A stretch of DNA of 64,000 nt, from contig NW_026250406.1 of NCBI RefSeq assembly GCF_024521635.1, positions 310,001 through 374,000 of the forward strand, written 5' to 3'. This stretch comes from Tricharina praecox. Taxonomy: Eukaryota. Below the pieces are notes generated by a model that saw only the letters and a program-made list of their open reading frames with translations, made no database searches and had not been told where the DNA came from. Position numbers and translations under genes: made by a program. Shown in pieces: positions 12,522 to 25,494 of this stretch. Each line of letters starts with the position of its first letter. Positions within the stretch are counted from its first letter, which is position 1.

Positions 12522-13661
12522 CAGTAGCAAAAAGGTGTGTATATTAGGATAGGAGTTTTATCAGTACTCGACATATGTAATTCCCGCATCGTCTTAGTAT
12601 CCTGAATCTTGATAGAATACCGCGCTCAATGGCAATGGAATGTGGATTCATACGGCTGCGTCATGCGTGAAAGCCTGTCGCTTTAGAGCACAAGAATTAT
12701 GATGCTGCGTAACGGTTTCAATGCAGATTTACCGGTATCTGAAATGCTGGTGACAATTGCCTGGCCGTATAACTGCCCAAGTCTTTCTAGATGCTGCATT
12801 TGCACGCAGGCTACTTTATGGGATGCTGTATTGTTTCAGCAACGATCCGTCACTGTTCCATTGTAAAGACGACATATTCTGCGAGAACACCGGTTCCCCT
12901 AGACAAGACAACGCCGTGAACGCTGAATATCATACCACCACTTTGTGCCACAGAAATACCGTCTTTCACTGCAGTTAGTAGTAGTTCCCGCCTACCAACC
13001 GGTTTTTACGCAGAAGCTGCATTCTACATAACTTTGGTTTAATAACGTATTCGACCACTATGAGGGGTATCCGCGACGATTCAGTGGCCGCGCCCCACGA
13101 GAAGGATAACCCAAATTCCAACGCAGTATGTAGCTACTCCGGTGTCTACTATAGTAATACACTGGCTTTCAAGTTTCACGGCTCATGAGAGCTTGCTATA
13201 GGAACCAAGCTTATCTAGGGGTTTCTGCATCAATACCGTATTAAACCGAAGTTCTGTAGAATACAATTATACAACATTGTCTTGGGAACCGGTGTTTTCG
13301 CAGAATACCTACGTCGTCTTTACAATACAGAGTAGAGTACCAGTGACGGACCGTTTGAAACAATACAATACGGCACCACCTATAGTAGCCCGCCGGAAAA
13401 TACAGCATGTAGATGCCTAGGCTCGCGCAGTCATACGATCAGGCATTTATCACAAGTATTTCAATTTTCAGATAAATATGCCTTGTAAAAACGTTGCGCA
13501 GTGTCACAACTCTGGTCGATATAGGGCGACAGGATTTCAGGCATGAGGCATTCGCATTAATCCACATTCCATTGAGTAGGTATGTACCAGAATACCGAAG
13601 CGATGCTGGAATCACATAAGTCGAGTAACACTCCTGTCCTGATGAACGCCCCCATACACTG
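12522..13661. mobile_element. Old foldback / long-TIR non-autonomous DNA element
   Basis: ~12522-12915 aligns with the reverse complement of ~13270-13661, e.g. TACTCGACATATGTAATTCC vs TACTCGACTTATGTGATTCC, CAATGGAATGTGGATT, ATTGTAAAGACGAC, TATTCTGCGAGAACACCGGTTCCC vs TATTCTGCGAAAACACCGGTTCCC; both ends read CAGT; no coding capacity. Confidence 0.8.
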
Positions 13662-14855
13662 CGAAAGTGAGATTCGGTGAGATTCGGTGAAGCGATCCAC
13701 GTGTGCACGTGTATTATACACGAGGAGGACATCCGAGACGACGGCGGCGATGTGCTCGCGGTGTATATATCTAGTGGTTATGGGCTATGGTCTACCGTAT
13801 CTAGGAGGTAGGTATTGTGAACCCGATAGCCCACGCCATCAGAACTCGGCGCCGGGCGCTGTCGTCGAGGACTGGCGTCGCCTCGTCGAGAAGTTTGAAG
13901 GATGGATGCGCCAAAGCTTGGTATCCGTCTGGATCTGCGTAGATTCCGCGCCGTCTGCTTTAAGCTTTTAAGTTTAGTAGCGTGGAGCTATACTCTATTT
14001 TTGCGTGTAACCCTCCTGAGTCCTGACAACTTTCGACCAGAAAATGTCTATACGATGACAACAATAATGCCGCCCCCCCGTTCCCCCCCCGTTTCCCCTA
14101 TTCGCAAGAGACAGGATCCGGCAAACGGGTCCCCTCTCGGTGTCTATCAGCTATAGAGCCCGTAACCCGAAAGCCACTGCGTGGGAAAATGCGGTGTTGA
14201 CGCCGCATAACTCTTGTCGCTGGCCAACTGTCATTGGCTGGCTAAACGAAATTACCTCCAACATCGAACACGCTCGGTTCTTGCTGTCTATGCTAGCGCC
14301 GAACACTGCGACCTTCCCCCCTGTCGTGGTCATGATCAGCCTGCGGCCCTGTGGTGCTGCGCGTGCTTGGTGCTTGGGAGACAGGAGACGGCGAGAGATC
14401 GGCGTGCTTGTTTTTGAGGATTCGGCGGAACCTGGGATATCGAGGTATGGGATTCTCTACGAGCTTGGGGAAGTCGACTTGAGAGTGGACGGTGCAGCTT
14501 TGAAGGGTATGTTCAGTTTCGCGATGAGCCGTTTCCGCCCCGTGTATGCACATCACGGCAGACGCAACAGAAAAAACGAATTCTCGTGGCGCTCGACGTT
14601 ACATAACTACTGCCTGCACGCAACACCCGTGGCGACTCCATGGGGCTTGGTCCATCCCGTTCAGTTGCCCGTACGAGATTGTCATCAGACTCAGGGGCTT
14701 CTCATTCCCATCTCCCATCCCATCCGACAGCCGAGCGGAACAGAGCAATGCGGGCATATAAGTGACCGCCCACCACCTGCGTTCACGGAGATCCTCTCCA
14801 AGGCACGGTACACATCACGCTCACTCACTCACTCACCCACACTCATTTGATTGAA

Positions 14856-16104
14856 ATGGCTCCGATACTATCATTCGTTCTTTTCTTCCTGTCGGTGGTC
14901 ACCGCGCTGCCCGAGCTCGAGGCGCGCAACGCTAACGTCGGTCCCGACGGCCTGGTTCATGCTATCTCCAAGCGCGGGGGCGTTTATGATCCACCGACGG
15001 GATTGATTCGTGCTGCCGAGCTCGAGAAGAGGGCGTATGGATACAGCAATAAGGGTTTGCTTTACACCCCTCATCGCCATGCGTTCTCTTGCTGATTTAT
15101 ATCCAAAAGTCGACCAGCTCGAATGGCAACTCCGCCGGAATAATGGCTTGAAATTCTGCTCCGCCTACCTCAACTACTACCCGGCCACTAAGACCCAGTG
15201 GGTCACAAAGACCAAGACTCAGCGTGGATACTACGAGGCCGTGCCTATCACCAGGACCTCGACGAGGATGGTCACCGAGACGTCCACCGAGACGGTTGAG
15301 ACTACCGCGACTGTGTACGTTGTGGTTGCGAATCCGGTGGAAGAAGAAGGAGAAGCATACTAATGGATTGCGTGCAGTACCGATAACACCATGACCACCA
15401 CCATCACGGCCGAGGCTCGCTCAGAGACGGCCAACTCCCCGGCTGAACCGGAGCTCCCATCGGTAGTCCGCAGGTACAACTACGTTCCCGTCCCGCGGTA
15501 CGTCGGCAAGAAATACAACCCATCGACCATCACCTCCGCCTGCCGGCGCCTCGCGCGTCCCGCACCCACCCAGATGATCACTCGCACCAGTACCAAGACG
15601 GTACAGGCCAAGCCCACGCTGATCCGGACGATAACGGTGACTGGCACGACCACGACGACAGTGCAGTCGACCACGACGGTCAGCACCACGACCGTCCTGG
15701 GGACCGAAACCAGCACCGTGCCGCACCCCTGCGACGTTCCCGCAAACACCCACGACCGGGTGATGGTCGCCGGCGTATCCGGCTTCGAAGGTGACTCGTA
15801 CCACGATATCCCCGACGTCTCGGCGCGCGAGTGCTGCCTGCGCTGCTGGCGCGGCGACCACACCGGCGCTCCCAAGGCGTGCAACGGCTGGTTGCACTTC
15901 CCAATGGCTATGGACCAAGAGGGCCGGCCGGACAATGAGCACGCCTGCATCATCTCCGCCGGCCCCGACAGCCCCGAGGATGCTAGGCCCACCGATACAT
16001 GTCCCGCTGGCACCCCCGGGTTCATTATTCAGCGCAACCAGGAGAATGGCCACGATTACAACGTCGCCGGCGTCGGCCCGTGTGGGTACTACGTCGAGGC
16101 CTAG
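14856..16104 (+). CDS. Secreted Thr-rich protein with Kex2-type propeptide and Cys-rich C-terminal (Apple/PAN-like) module; exons 14856-15054, 15110-15314, 15378-16104
   Basis: Signal peptide MAPILSFVLFFLSVVTALP; SKR and EKR dibasic sites; two introns (GTTTGC..CTGAT..AAG and GTACGT..CTAAT..CAG) join three ORFs in frame; FCSAYL and ITSAC motifs; C-terminal ECCLRCW..C..C..C..C. Confidence 0.85.
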
Positions 16105-16384
16105 GAGTTGAGCACGCCGTAGAGGGGCGGGGGAAGGATCTGCTCGCTCGCGTGCTTGCTGACTTGCGGGTGCCGCTTGTAACTATGTAGTTTTGCACTG
16201 TATGTAGGTATCTACTCGTATGTACTATTAATCCCGCGCGTCCGAAAAACGTGCAAATAAAACGTCGTTTTCAACTAAAATGTGGACGTTTTACGCACCT
16301 GTTGAGACTTGAGCGCGCCTGCCAAGTGCCTACGGCCACAGTAATCGCAAGTTAGAGGCGTGGTGAATATTTCGTTCGCAAACA

Positions 16385-16772
16385 GGGCTGGCAGCTGCAG
16401 TTCAATGGAGTGGAGTGATCAGTTGTGAATGATGCCTGGCATGCAGCCGCAGCTCAGTGGAGTGACATGTAGTTATGAATGAGGTTTGGCAGGTTGTGAA
16501 TGAGGCCTGACAGGTTTTTGTTTTTGTTCAATCATCATTGCATTCGACCTTAATAGATCATGGCAGATATGTAGGTACATATCCGTTTCCACCCGGCTAC
16601 CACCGACCGCTGGCCCCGAGCTCGAATTCGATTCCCTATTGCACTCAGCCTGACCCTCCCCTCAAGTCAAATCTCCCGCTCACCGCTCAACTTTCCCGCT
16701 CAACCTCATGTGATTGTGGGCAGGCAGCCGCAGCTCAGTGGAGTGATCAATTATGAATGAGGGCTGGCAGGT
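16385..16772. repeat. Local dispersed repeats of a GCAGCCGCAGCTCAGTGGAGTGA..TTATGAATGAG unit (three diverged copies)
   Basis: Copies near 16390, 16443 and 16723. Confidence 0.6.
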
Positions 16773-17534
16773 TTCATGTTTCGCTTCTACCCTCGAAAGC
16801 GCAGAGGCTATTTTGTCTTTCTTTTTTTAGGGGGCGGGTGCTGCTGGTCCGCCCCAGTTCCAAGACCAACCACAATGCCAAGCTCGCGGTTAGGGCTACA
16901 CGCTCACCGTCACTCGGCGAGTGTGCGCGGTCGTTCGTTTCCGCTGGGAACGGTCCCGTCCTGTATACAACCGGCGCTTGGTCGTTGTCGATAGCCCGAC
17001 AGTTCGGTCCTGGCTACTTCGATCCGCCAGCCGGCACGACACGGGTATTAGAATGTGACGCCCACGGTCTCTGCTACCAGCGGCCTGTGAGGTCACTGAG
17101 GTAGGATGAGTGGATGTGTTAGCGCTCGGCGACTAACTAGCGGTTTAATCGCGGCCTGGAAATATAAGAAGAAGGAGTAAGTGGGCACCGAAATTCAGCT
17201 CGGGATGGTGATGGCTGTGGTCCGAGCATTGCGGTGGCACTTGGATGATCTCTTGCATGGATGATAGCTGCGTCAACATGGTTCACGTTACTGATGATGG
17301 ATTCGATATGTAGTGCTGCTTCGGCTGTGGATCAGCGACTCTCGGCTCTTTCGCAGACACCATGCCAGAGTTGGTGCACCAGATGTACCAAACAGCAGGT
17401 GTTGAATAATCGTCTCCAAACCACCAACCACTTCCATACATTCAACGCCAGCTCCCTAAACAAACAAACATTTTCATTACATCGTATCTCTCCCGCCATC
17501 CGCGTCGCACGCGCGGATCCACGCCTCCCTTCCC

Positions 17535-18079
17535 CTACAGCACCCAACCGAGCACCGCCGCGACGCCCACCGCCGCCGCAGCCGCCACGCCACCCGCAGC
17601 TTGCGCCCCCCTCCCGTTCGCCGCACCAGGAACCTGCAGGGCAGTATCAAAGTCCTTGACGAGGCTCTCCCTCGGGGTGCCAGTGATGTACGTCTGGGTG
17701 GCGACAAAATCCAAGATGGCCTCCTCCTGCTTCCTAGCCAGCTTGGTCACCTGCTCGTACGGGAACGTCGTAGCAGTCGCGGTCGTCTCCAATCCGGGTA
17801 TCACGGTCTGTGTCGCCCAGAAATTGCTCACGAACGTCTCGTAGGCCGTCACGAACCCGTTGTATCCTGCCACGGTCGAGTACCCCGTTTGGATACGCTG
17901 CGAGGCTGCCGACATGGCGGATTGCTGCGCCGGGCTGAGTGTTGTGGTCGGGTCCGCGCTGGTCAGGTTAGTGGTGTAATGGAATGGGTGGCGGAGCGGC
18001 CGCGGGGGAGGCAGGTTACATACCAGGAGCTCAGCCCGACGAGGGCGGCAACGACAAGGGAAGTGAAGGTGAATTGCAT
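17535..18079 (-). CDS. Small GPI-anchored / cell-surface protein; exons 18079-18024 and 17958-17535
   Basis: Signal peptide MQFTFTSLVVAALVGLSSCA across an intron (GTATGT..CTAAC..CAG); C-terminus GAANGRGAQAAGGVAAAAAVGVAAVLGWVL fits an omega site, spacer and hydrophobic tail. Confidence 0.85.
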
Positions 18080-20397
18080 GGTTGGTAGGCGAAGGTAGAC
18101 GTCGGGAGTGGAAATGCTCGGCGGGTTGTATGTAGTCTGGATTCTGGAAGAAGTAGAGACACAAAAGCATGGCGCCCAGGTCTGGTTTATGTACTCGTAC
18201 TCTCTCCCATACCTGCTGCGCATCCTCGCCGCAAGAGCGGAATGCGTGCTTACGGTAAGTACATACACAGAAAGTAGGTTCAAGGGAAGGCCGATATTTC
18301 TGCAGTTGCGATCGTCCGTTTCACCAGCCACGCCGGGGTCAGGATCAGCATCGTACTGGGAGGGGATAATACCTACCTAGTCAGTAAGTGCCCGTACGCG
18401 CCCCCTGGATTGTAGTCTATTCCCAGTCACGTACTGTTGTTCGCCCGCAGTAAGAGTCATCGCCCGTGGCAACTCGACGTTAAGCTGCAATAGTGACTGG
18501 TAGGCGGTTTTGAATAAATACTCGCAATACGAAGACCTACGGAATGCATGGTTTAAGGGATATGTGATCGTATTGCTCTGTTACGTAGGATAGTATGGGC
18601 TCTGGGGACAGCAACGATGATCTTTGGGACGTATGTTGAGCTAGCGTCACGACTGGCTTCAACTGAAATTAACATTCGCTACCAGATAGTATTTAGAGAC
18701 CGTCTTTCAGATATATAGTAGGTAGGCGGAGGCCGCCGCTTCCATTGTGCGGGGTATACTGTATATGTGGGTAGTTGGGATTCAGCCACACTTTAGAGTG
18801 CTCTATGTACGTGATACATACAGCCAGCTGCTAACAAGCAAGGCGATCGTATATCTGGTGAAGTTGGCGTGGTTTTACAGGGAGCTGCTACCTGGGCTAC
18901 TCCCGGCTGAAGACTATTCGAGGATGTAGGTATCTGCCCTAGAGTGTGCACCGCCCCGCACATATTGAGAACACCGGCCCCTCGGATACTAGCCGCAGCG
19001 TCCACTCGCCATGCGCCGCCGACTTACATACGAGAGAACTCCACCAGAATACGAGACGAGACGAAGGATGCGCATGCGCAGCAGTGGGTAATTAGCCGAA
19101 CCCGCGCGACACTAATTCTTAGTTAGACATGCGGAGACAAACATATCACGCTCTTCGCCTCGTGTGTCCGCCTATTCCAACACGTCACTGCGAACGACCG
19201 TGTGTAGGTATGTAAGTGGTACACAATGATCGCAGTCGGAAGGCTTATTCCCACGTATAAACACTAGGATACCCCCCGAAACACTAGCGAACCTCTCCCT
19301 CTCTATCCAGTAGCGATGGGTGATGCTGCAGTGAAACGGCTTCCGACCCGCGGATCGGTCGCGTGCGAGTTCGAAGTCCGCCTTGAGCCAAAAGCCGCCC
19401 GGCGGAGCATGCCATCGGCGTCCTGCAGACATCGCTGGCACAACTAATTTCCACTCGAATTGTTGGTGTCGATGGGCAGGATCAACTGAGCCAGCGCAGA
19501 AGCAGAAGCAGGCAAAACTCACGATGACCTAGGTTCATGGATGGCGGAGCCTTAGAATCATGCTCATACGCAGCGCTGCACGCACAACTTCCAGCTGATT
19601 GGCTGGATGGGACTCCAGTGCGAAAGGCAAGCTCTCGGAGAAGGCCGAAAGATTATTAATCTTCATAGTAACTGGTCCGTCGGTTAACTCTCATCGGTGG
19701 AGGCGGTTGTGATCAAGGTTCTGGGCTTCACCCTTCAGAGCTGGTGGAGGGAAGGAGCTGGACTAGACAGCACAGTCTTAGGGACGCCGGACCCGCTTTC
19801 CACTCAGCGGAATATTGGTCTGTGCCAACTCGGTTGCAAAGGAAGCTATCAAAGAGATTGGTCATGGCACTGCTTTGCTTCTGCGTACATCTTCCATTTC
19901 CTCGCTGTTGCTTTGAGTTGTTAGGATTTCATTGTGGCTGGGTCGGATTGGGAGGAACCGCACATTATTGGCGGCGAGTGCTGCGGGCTGTCACTTGATA
20001 TCGTTAGTTGTCGGTTCGATGATTGAGGAATGAATACGGACGTGCTGAAGTATTGGAGTTGCAGATCAATGTTGATGCTAGTGAGCGAGTGGTAATCATA
20101 GCAAAGGCGGACCGAAAACGTCACCACCCAGGTCCAAACTCTTCACTGCCTCAGTACGAAGCCCGGGAGTGGGCCACGCCGCCAATGAGATGCTTGATCT
20201 ACCCATCTTGAAATACGCTTCGATTTACGGAAGCCAGCGGCTTTGATCGTGGCGAAGGTAGCAATGGGGTGGTGTCTTTTGAGCTCGTGTATTTTAGTGA
20301 ACAGCGCGGGGACGGGAGCTGGGAATGGGTGGAGAACAAATGCCTCGACCTAGCCGCTAAGCATTTCACCTGGCTAGGGGGCTGATCTACTCGGAAA

Positions 20398-20780
20398 CCG
20401 TGTTCCCCATAGTCCGGTCCGTCCGGTCCGAGCCTAAGACGGACGGTTGCAAAAGTTATCCGTCAGGCCCGAGTGGTGCCGGACGGGTCGGTCCCCGTCC
20501 GACGGTGGAGGACGGCCGTCCAAGTCACGTGAATATGGGTCGGCTGATTGGTAATTGCTTAGCACCAATATCCCACGCACCACCGCGCCAGTTCATCCCT
20601 CACCGCTCCACATGCTGTGAATAGTAATAGTATTCTGAATCGGCCGTCCTACGCCGTCCGTTTCGTCCACCCGTTAAAGCAGTCTTGGACGTCACGTCCT
20701 AGGCTTGGACGGACGGGAGGCACGCCGTCCGTCGTCGTCCGAGGCCCAGGACGGACCGGACCGGACGATGGAGAACACTA
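20398..20780. mobile_element. hAT-type MITE, 383 bp
   Basis: TIRs CCGTGTTCCCCATAGTCCGGTCCG / TAGTGTTCTCCATCGTCCGGTCCG; 8-bp flanks CTCGGAAA / CTCGGAAG; many GGACGG/CCGTCC subterminal motifs. Confidence 0.85.
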
Positions 20781-21692
20781 CTCGGAAGTGGCTCGCACTA
20801 GGCCACGGGGGCGATTGCGACAGCGGAAACGAGTTGCCGTGGCCGAAACGATCAGGTCACTAAGCCCCTAAGGTGTAGGTAATGGGACAGGGCCCGTTTT
20901 GTTGAATGGACATGCATTTAAATCGGCTTCCAATATTTTTTCTGGCTGTAATTAGCCAACATTTGGCTGTGAAAAGGCTGTGAAAAGGCTGTATCCAGGC
21001 TTAAAGGATTAAAAGGGCTCTAACGTATAAAGGGCACAGTTTCTCAACTGGCGTTGATAATAAATGGCTTTTGGGAGTTCATATGGCTGACATTGAATAA
21101 TTGTACGAGTGCAATCTGCTGCTTGAGATTGCTGTGATTCCAGCTGCTCGCCTAATATATATCCTCCCCTCCGCGCCCAATCAAACCAAACCCTGCTCGT
21201 CCCCGCTTGTCCCCGCTCTCCCCGCTTGTCCCCGCACTTCTTGGCCTGCTCAGTAGACAGTCTATTAGTACCGGCGACGACAGCGGGTATCTGTTGATGC
21301 ACGATCTGGTGGTTTTGGGGCGCACGTGAGGGGATCCGATCCGAAGGCAGTCGGAAGAAGAAGATGTGGTTCATATTATTCTAGCTGAAGTTCTAGTTGT
21401 ACTTATAGTCGTCCCAGGCAAACTAGAACCTTCCTCGTGAGCCGTGCACAAACCTCACTCGATAAAACACGCCGCTCCGACAACAAAGGCCTTACGGCCG
21501 CAACAGTATCCGCAGCGAGATAGGTCTAGGAGCACAGATATGAATACGTACCTGCTGTAGTAAGACCAGAGGACCGCGAGAGAGTGAACGGCGGTGATGG
21601 AGGAGCTATCGATGACCGGAGGAAGCGTGAGCACGTGCTGTTAGTGAGAGAAAGAGTGAGTAGAGGAGTTGTTAGCAAGAGGAGAAGCGAGT

Positions 21693-21750
21693 GGAGGAAG
21701 TGATGGAGGAGGAAGTGATGGAGAAGGAAGTGATGGAGAAGGAAGTGATG
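21693..21750. repeat. 15-bp tandem repeat GGAGRAGGAAGTGAT, ~4 units
   Basis: Read directly from the sequence. Confidence 0.8.
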
Positions 21751-22113
21751 TAGGAGCTGTGGGTGCCGGTGAGAGGATGACGTAGTGATGGAGGAGCTGT
21801 CGACGGGAGGAAGCGAATGTGGTTAGTATGTAGTGGGCATCAATGTTGGTGCGCATGGCGGGGAACATGGCCGGGGCGGCCGAATAAGGAGAAAATGCTC
21901 CATTTATAAACCGAAGCCTATTTTCACTTACGCCGGAAGCCTAATGAGCGGAAAGTTATATTTTTACCAACGGATTCCCGAAGAGAGTGGTGGAAAGACT
22001 TTGCATTTACTGCCAATGGCCAATTTACACCTCAACGCCAAATCTGGCCTCTGTCTATTCGTTACATTGAGTATTGATAACCAAATTAGGTGAAAGAGCC
22101 TAATTTGAGTATT

Positions 22114-22226
22114 GTAAACTGGCCGCAATTACTACTAACCGCCCACTGACTAGGCTTCGCCCAATATGACCATCGTAAACTGGCCGCAATTACTACTAAC
22201 CGCCCATTGACTCGCCTACGCCCAAA
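22114..22226. repeat. 61-bp tandem duplication
   Basis: GTAAACTGGCCGCAATTACTACTAACCGCCCA at 22114 and 22175. Confidence 0.85.
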
Positions 22227-24957
22227 TAAACATGGCAACGTGTACCCTATGAGGAAAAAAGGCCAATTTACTGGCAGAAGCCTGAATTACCAGTGCAAAT
22301 GAGCCGCACTTTGTGCTAATAGCCAGTTTACATGTAGACTCGCATTCAACTAAAGGGGCCTCCTCCCATTCCATGTACCCTCGGGAGTCATCATGTTCGT
22401 CTCCGGAGCCAATCGCGTCTTTACGCGCTTGGGCGAGGTAGGCCGCTGAAGAAATACATTTCTTAAGATTCAATTATTATTGCTGCAGTGGTATGTCAAG
22501 ATTGCGTCGAACACTTCTGTAAGTCCTTGAGTGCGCCCGGTATGACCAGCTAGTAATTGTCGTCTCGCACCTATGGGAACAAATTGACTGACTTCAATAT
22601 GGCCTGCTACCTGTAGAGCATCTACTCATCACCTTGAGTGTACCTGTCACTTATATGGTTGTCGATGCAGTCAGACGGCAAACTGATAGATTAGGTAGGT
22701 ACCGTAATTCTGGATCGGGTATAATCATACTCCAGCACTTGTGCGTTTTGCGCCGTCTCGTCAGCTCAATCCTTGGCATGTACCAGCTTTCATTACAGAG
22801 ATGTAGGGCCGCCGATGGGCGGGGGAATGACAGATCACTACCTTCGGCCAAGCTTGCGGTCTTGAGTTTTGGAAAAAAGCAAGCTGTTATGTGGTCAGGC
22901 GGACGACTGAGGGAGGCGAGGTTGCCGCCGGATTGAGACTGTTATCGGGACTGTAGGCACGACTGGGAAGACTGCGTATATTAGCATAGTCTAGATCGGC
23001 TATATTCAATTAATAGTGAATTAAGGTGGAATGAGACAAGTATTCACTCGTCCGCCTGTAGCTGGGCACCTATCTGGAAGAGGCCGCCTGCTCCTACATT
23101 GTATTAAAGGCCGGATACTACATGAGGACCAAAGACAGACCCAAGAACAGAGTCGTGCGGGCTACTGCTTGCCGGTGGGTACACCACCTCCGGTGCCTGT
23201 TGATCCGCATGCTGTGAGGCTACTCCCTAATCAATTCCACTATTCAGCAGCCCACACCATATGTTGACAGAGGCTCACATCACAAGAGCTGAAAATAAGG
23301 TTTTGGCTGAGGCTGCATCACAGGCTGGCACTCGACGGAGGCCTGCAGCAAGTGTGGAAGATTCGACAAAAGAGAGAGAAGGGGAAAACTAAACTCATTG
23401 TCGCATACGGCCTTACTAGACTATGGCAACCACAACTCCGCCCTTTCCTGCTAGCTCTGCTTGTGCATCGTCTGAATGATGCAGCAAATATGCTGAAGGC
23501 TCCCGATATGTAGCCATGAAAACTCTTCAAACGCTAGGGAACGGGTTCCTGCTAGTATCGGAACAAGCAAATATACGAATCATGAGTTAAAAGCAAGGTG
23601 GTGGGCAGGGACACAGACTACGGGCCTCTACAGACTGTGGACAGGATATAGAGGAACATTTATGCCACCATAGTCTTCATAGATGGGATACGAGAATTAT
23701 GAAACAGAAATAGCAAACAAAACAATGCTTACGGGCCGACTCAGTCCCGGGAGCACCTCTTCAAGCATTGGAGAGCGTGTAGAGTCGGGTAAAAGACAGT
23801 ATTGCCACAAGTAAAGCGGAGAACTGGCAGACCCAAGAGTCCAAGACGTGCAATTGAACTGGAAGGCTCTTCGCCGAGGAGCGAGACTGTCCGGCAATCC
23901 CAAATTCTTACATCACCGACGACCGGCCGAATAAATACTGACTGACAATGGATAGCCTGGAGATGCGAAAATTGGATCGCGCCGGTGACGGTGAGTGGGA
24001 ATAATGGGGTTTACGATGGGCACCGACCGGCAATGTGAAGCGCGTAGGTCTTTCCAACGATAGCGGCGGCGGCGCAACCGAAGGAAACGAAGTGGGAGTA
24101 ATGATAGGTGGAAGGCAGGATCAAACTGGATTTCGTGCCAAAAAAACACTACTATTTGCGGCTCGTCCAGGTGGTGTGAATATGAGCCTTGAGCGTAGGC
24201 GAAATCGAATCTATGTGGGTGACTATGTAGTGTTTTTGCCATCAACCGCATTGCTTCCGTACTTCACCCTCTATTCATGCGGTGACTGATATTTGCGAGG
24301 GAACAGCCAAATCGTTTTCTGGTCTGGTCGAAAGCCAGTCCCGCTTTTGCAGCCGTAGGAGTATAGAGTTACGTGATACGAGTGCGGAAGCTCTTAATTT
24401 TCCATCAAAATCTATACATCATTCAAGGTCCGAATCATCCACCCACTTACTATTATCAATAAAACCTAGCAGAACTGGAAGAATGTGTGTCTGACCAGGA
24501 ATGACGGCCTGCTGTTGTGTTAACATCCTCCTACCGTTATGCGCGGAAAGAGCCGCAAAGAAGGCCGTCGAGAGATGAGGTGGGCGAACTAAAGAACCTA
24601 GAAGGCAAAATAGACACATGAAAGGAGAATCTTGTAATGAAGGGACTCCTTGGGTCCCTACAGCCGCCATCGGACCAAAGCCTCGTATGTGGCACAGCCC
24701 CACCAACCTGTACCAAACCATTGCATTCATTGCGAGGGAAATCACAAAAAACGGCATACTAGAGTGATGTAGAATTGACCGTTGAGTATTTCGATCAACA
24801 TTAAGTACTCGAGAGCATTATACATTAGGACGAGCTGAGAAAGAAAACATAAAATCCATCATCGTATCTTCGTGCTGTCATGCGTTCTCCAAGAGACAAA
24901 CTATGCGTGTTTTCCCTTGCTGTAGCCCTTCTCCTCACCCCCCTACTCCCCAGGCAC

Positions 24958-25494
24958 CTACAGCACCAGAATCTCCCCCACAGGCGGCTCCACCGGATGG
25001 GCAGGCTCGTCCACCGGATGGGCAGGCTCCTCCACCTCCGGAGCCTCCTCCGGATGGGCAGGCTCCTCCACATGCACAGGCTCAACCTCCGCAGGCTCCT
25101 CCACATGCGCAGGCTCGTCAACCACAGGGACCACGTCGGCCAATTTAGCCGCCTTTGCCTTTGCCTTCTCCTCCTCCTCCTTCAGCTTAGCTTCCTCCTT
25201 CGCCTTCCTTTCCTCCTCCTGAATCCTCTTCTTATCGGCGTTGTCACCCTTCTTGCGTCTCTCCAACGAGCGCGCCTGAATGGGGGTGGCATCGTTAAAA
25301 GCGACGGCGCTGCGTTCGTACATAGCTGGATATAGTCGAAACCTGTCAGTCACCATCACCGCAAGGGAGGAAGCACGGTGGAGGATGGAGGGGGCGCGCG
25401 TACCGAGCTTGCCATCGGCAGCCGCAATGGGAGCCGCAAAGACAGTGACACCGGAGAGCGCAAAGGCGACGAGGGTGTAGAAAGAAATTCTCAT
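24958..25494 (-). CDS. Small secreted protein: signal peptide, Kex2-type site, Lys/Glu helix, EEPAH repeats; probably one in-frame intron (~25403-25327)
   Basis: MRISFYTLVAFALSGVTVFAAP; ARSLERRKK; KKRIQEEERKAKEEAKLKEEEEKAKAKAAK; repeats VDEPAH/VEEPAH; GTACGC donor, CTGAC branch and CCAG acceptor inside the ORF. Confidence 0.8.
   Translation of the reverse strand: MRISFYTLVAFALSGVTVFAAPIAAADGKLGTRAPSILHRASSLAVMVTDRFRLYPAMYERSAVAFNDATPIQARSLERRKKGDNADKKRIQEEERKAKEEAKLKEEEEKAKAKAAKLADVVPVVDEPAHVEEPAEVEPVHVEEPAHPEEAPEVEEPAHPVDEPAHPVEPPVGEILVL

Noticed and set aside
14140..14850. 236-aa ORF with GTG start
   Set aside because: No domain recognised, and its 3' half runs through the promoter of the secreted-protein gene; may be a relic but unsupported
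22930..24760. Possible decayed coding sequence
   Set aside because: Stops in all frames and no motif I can assign; needs a translated homology search
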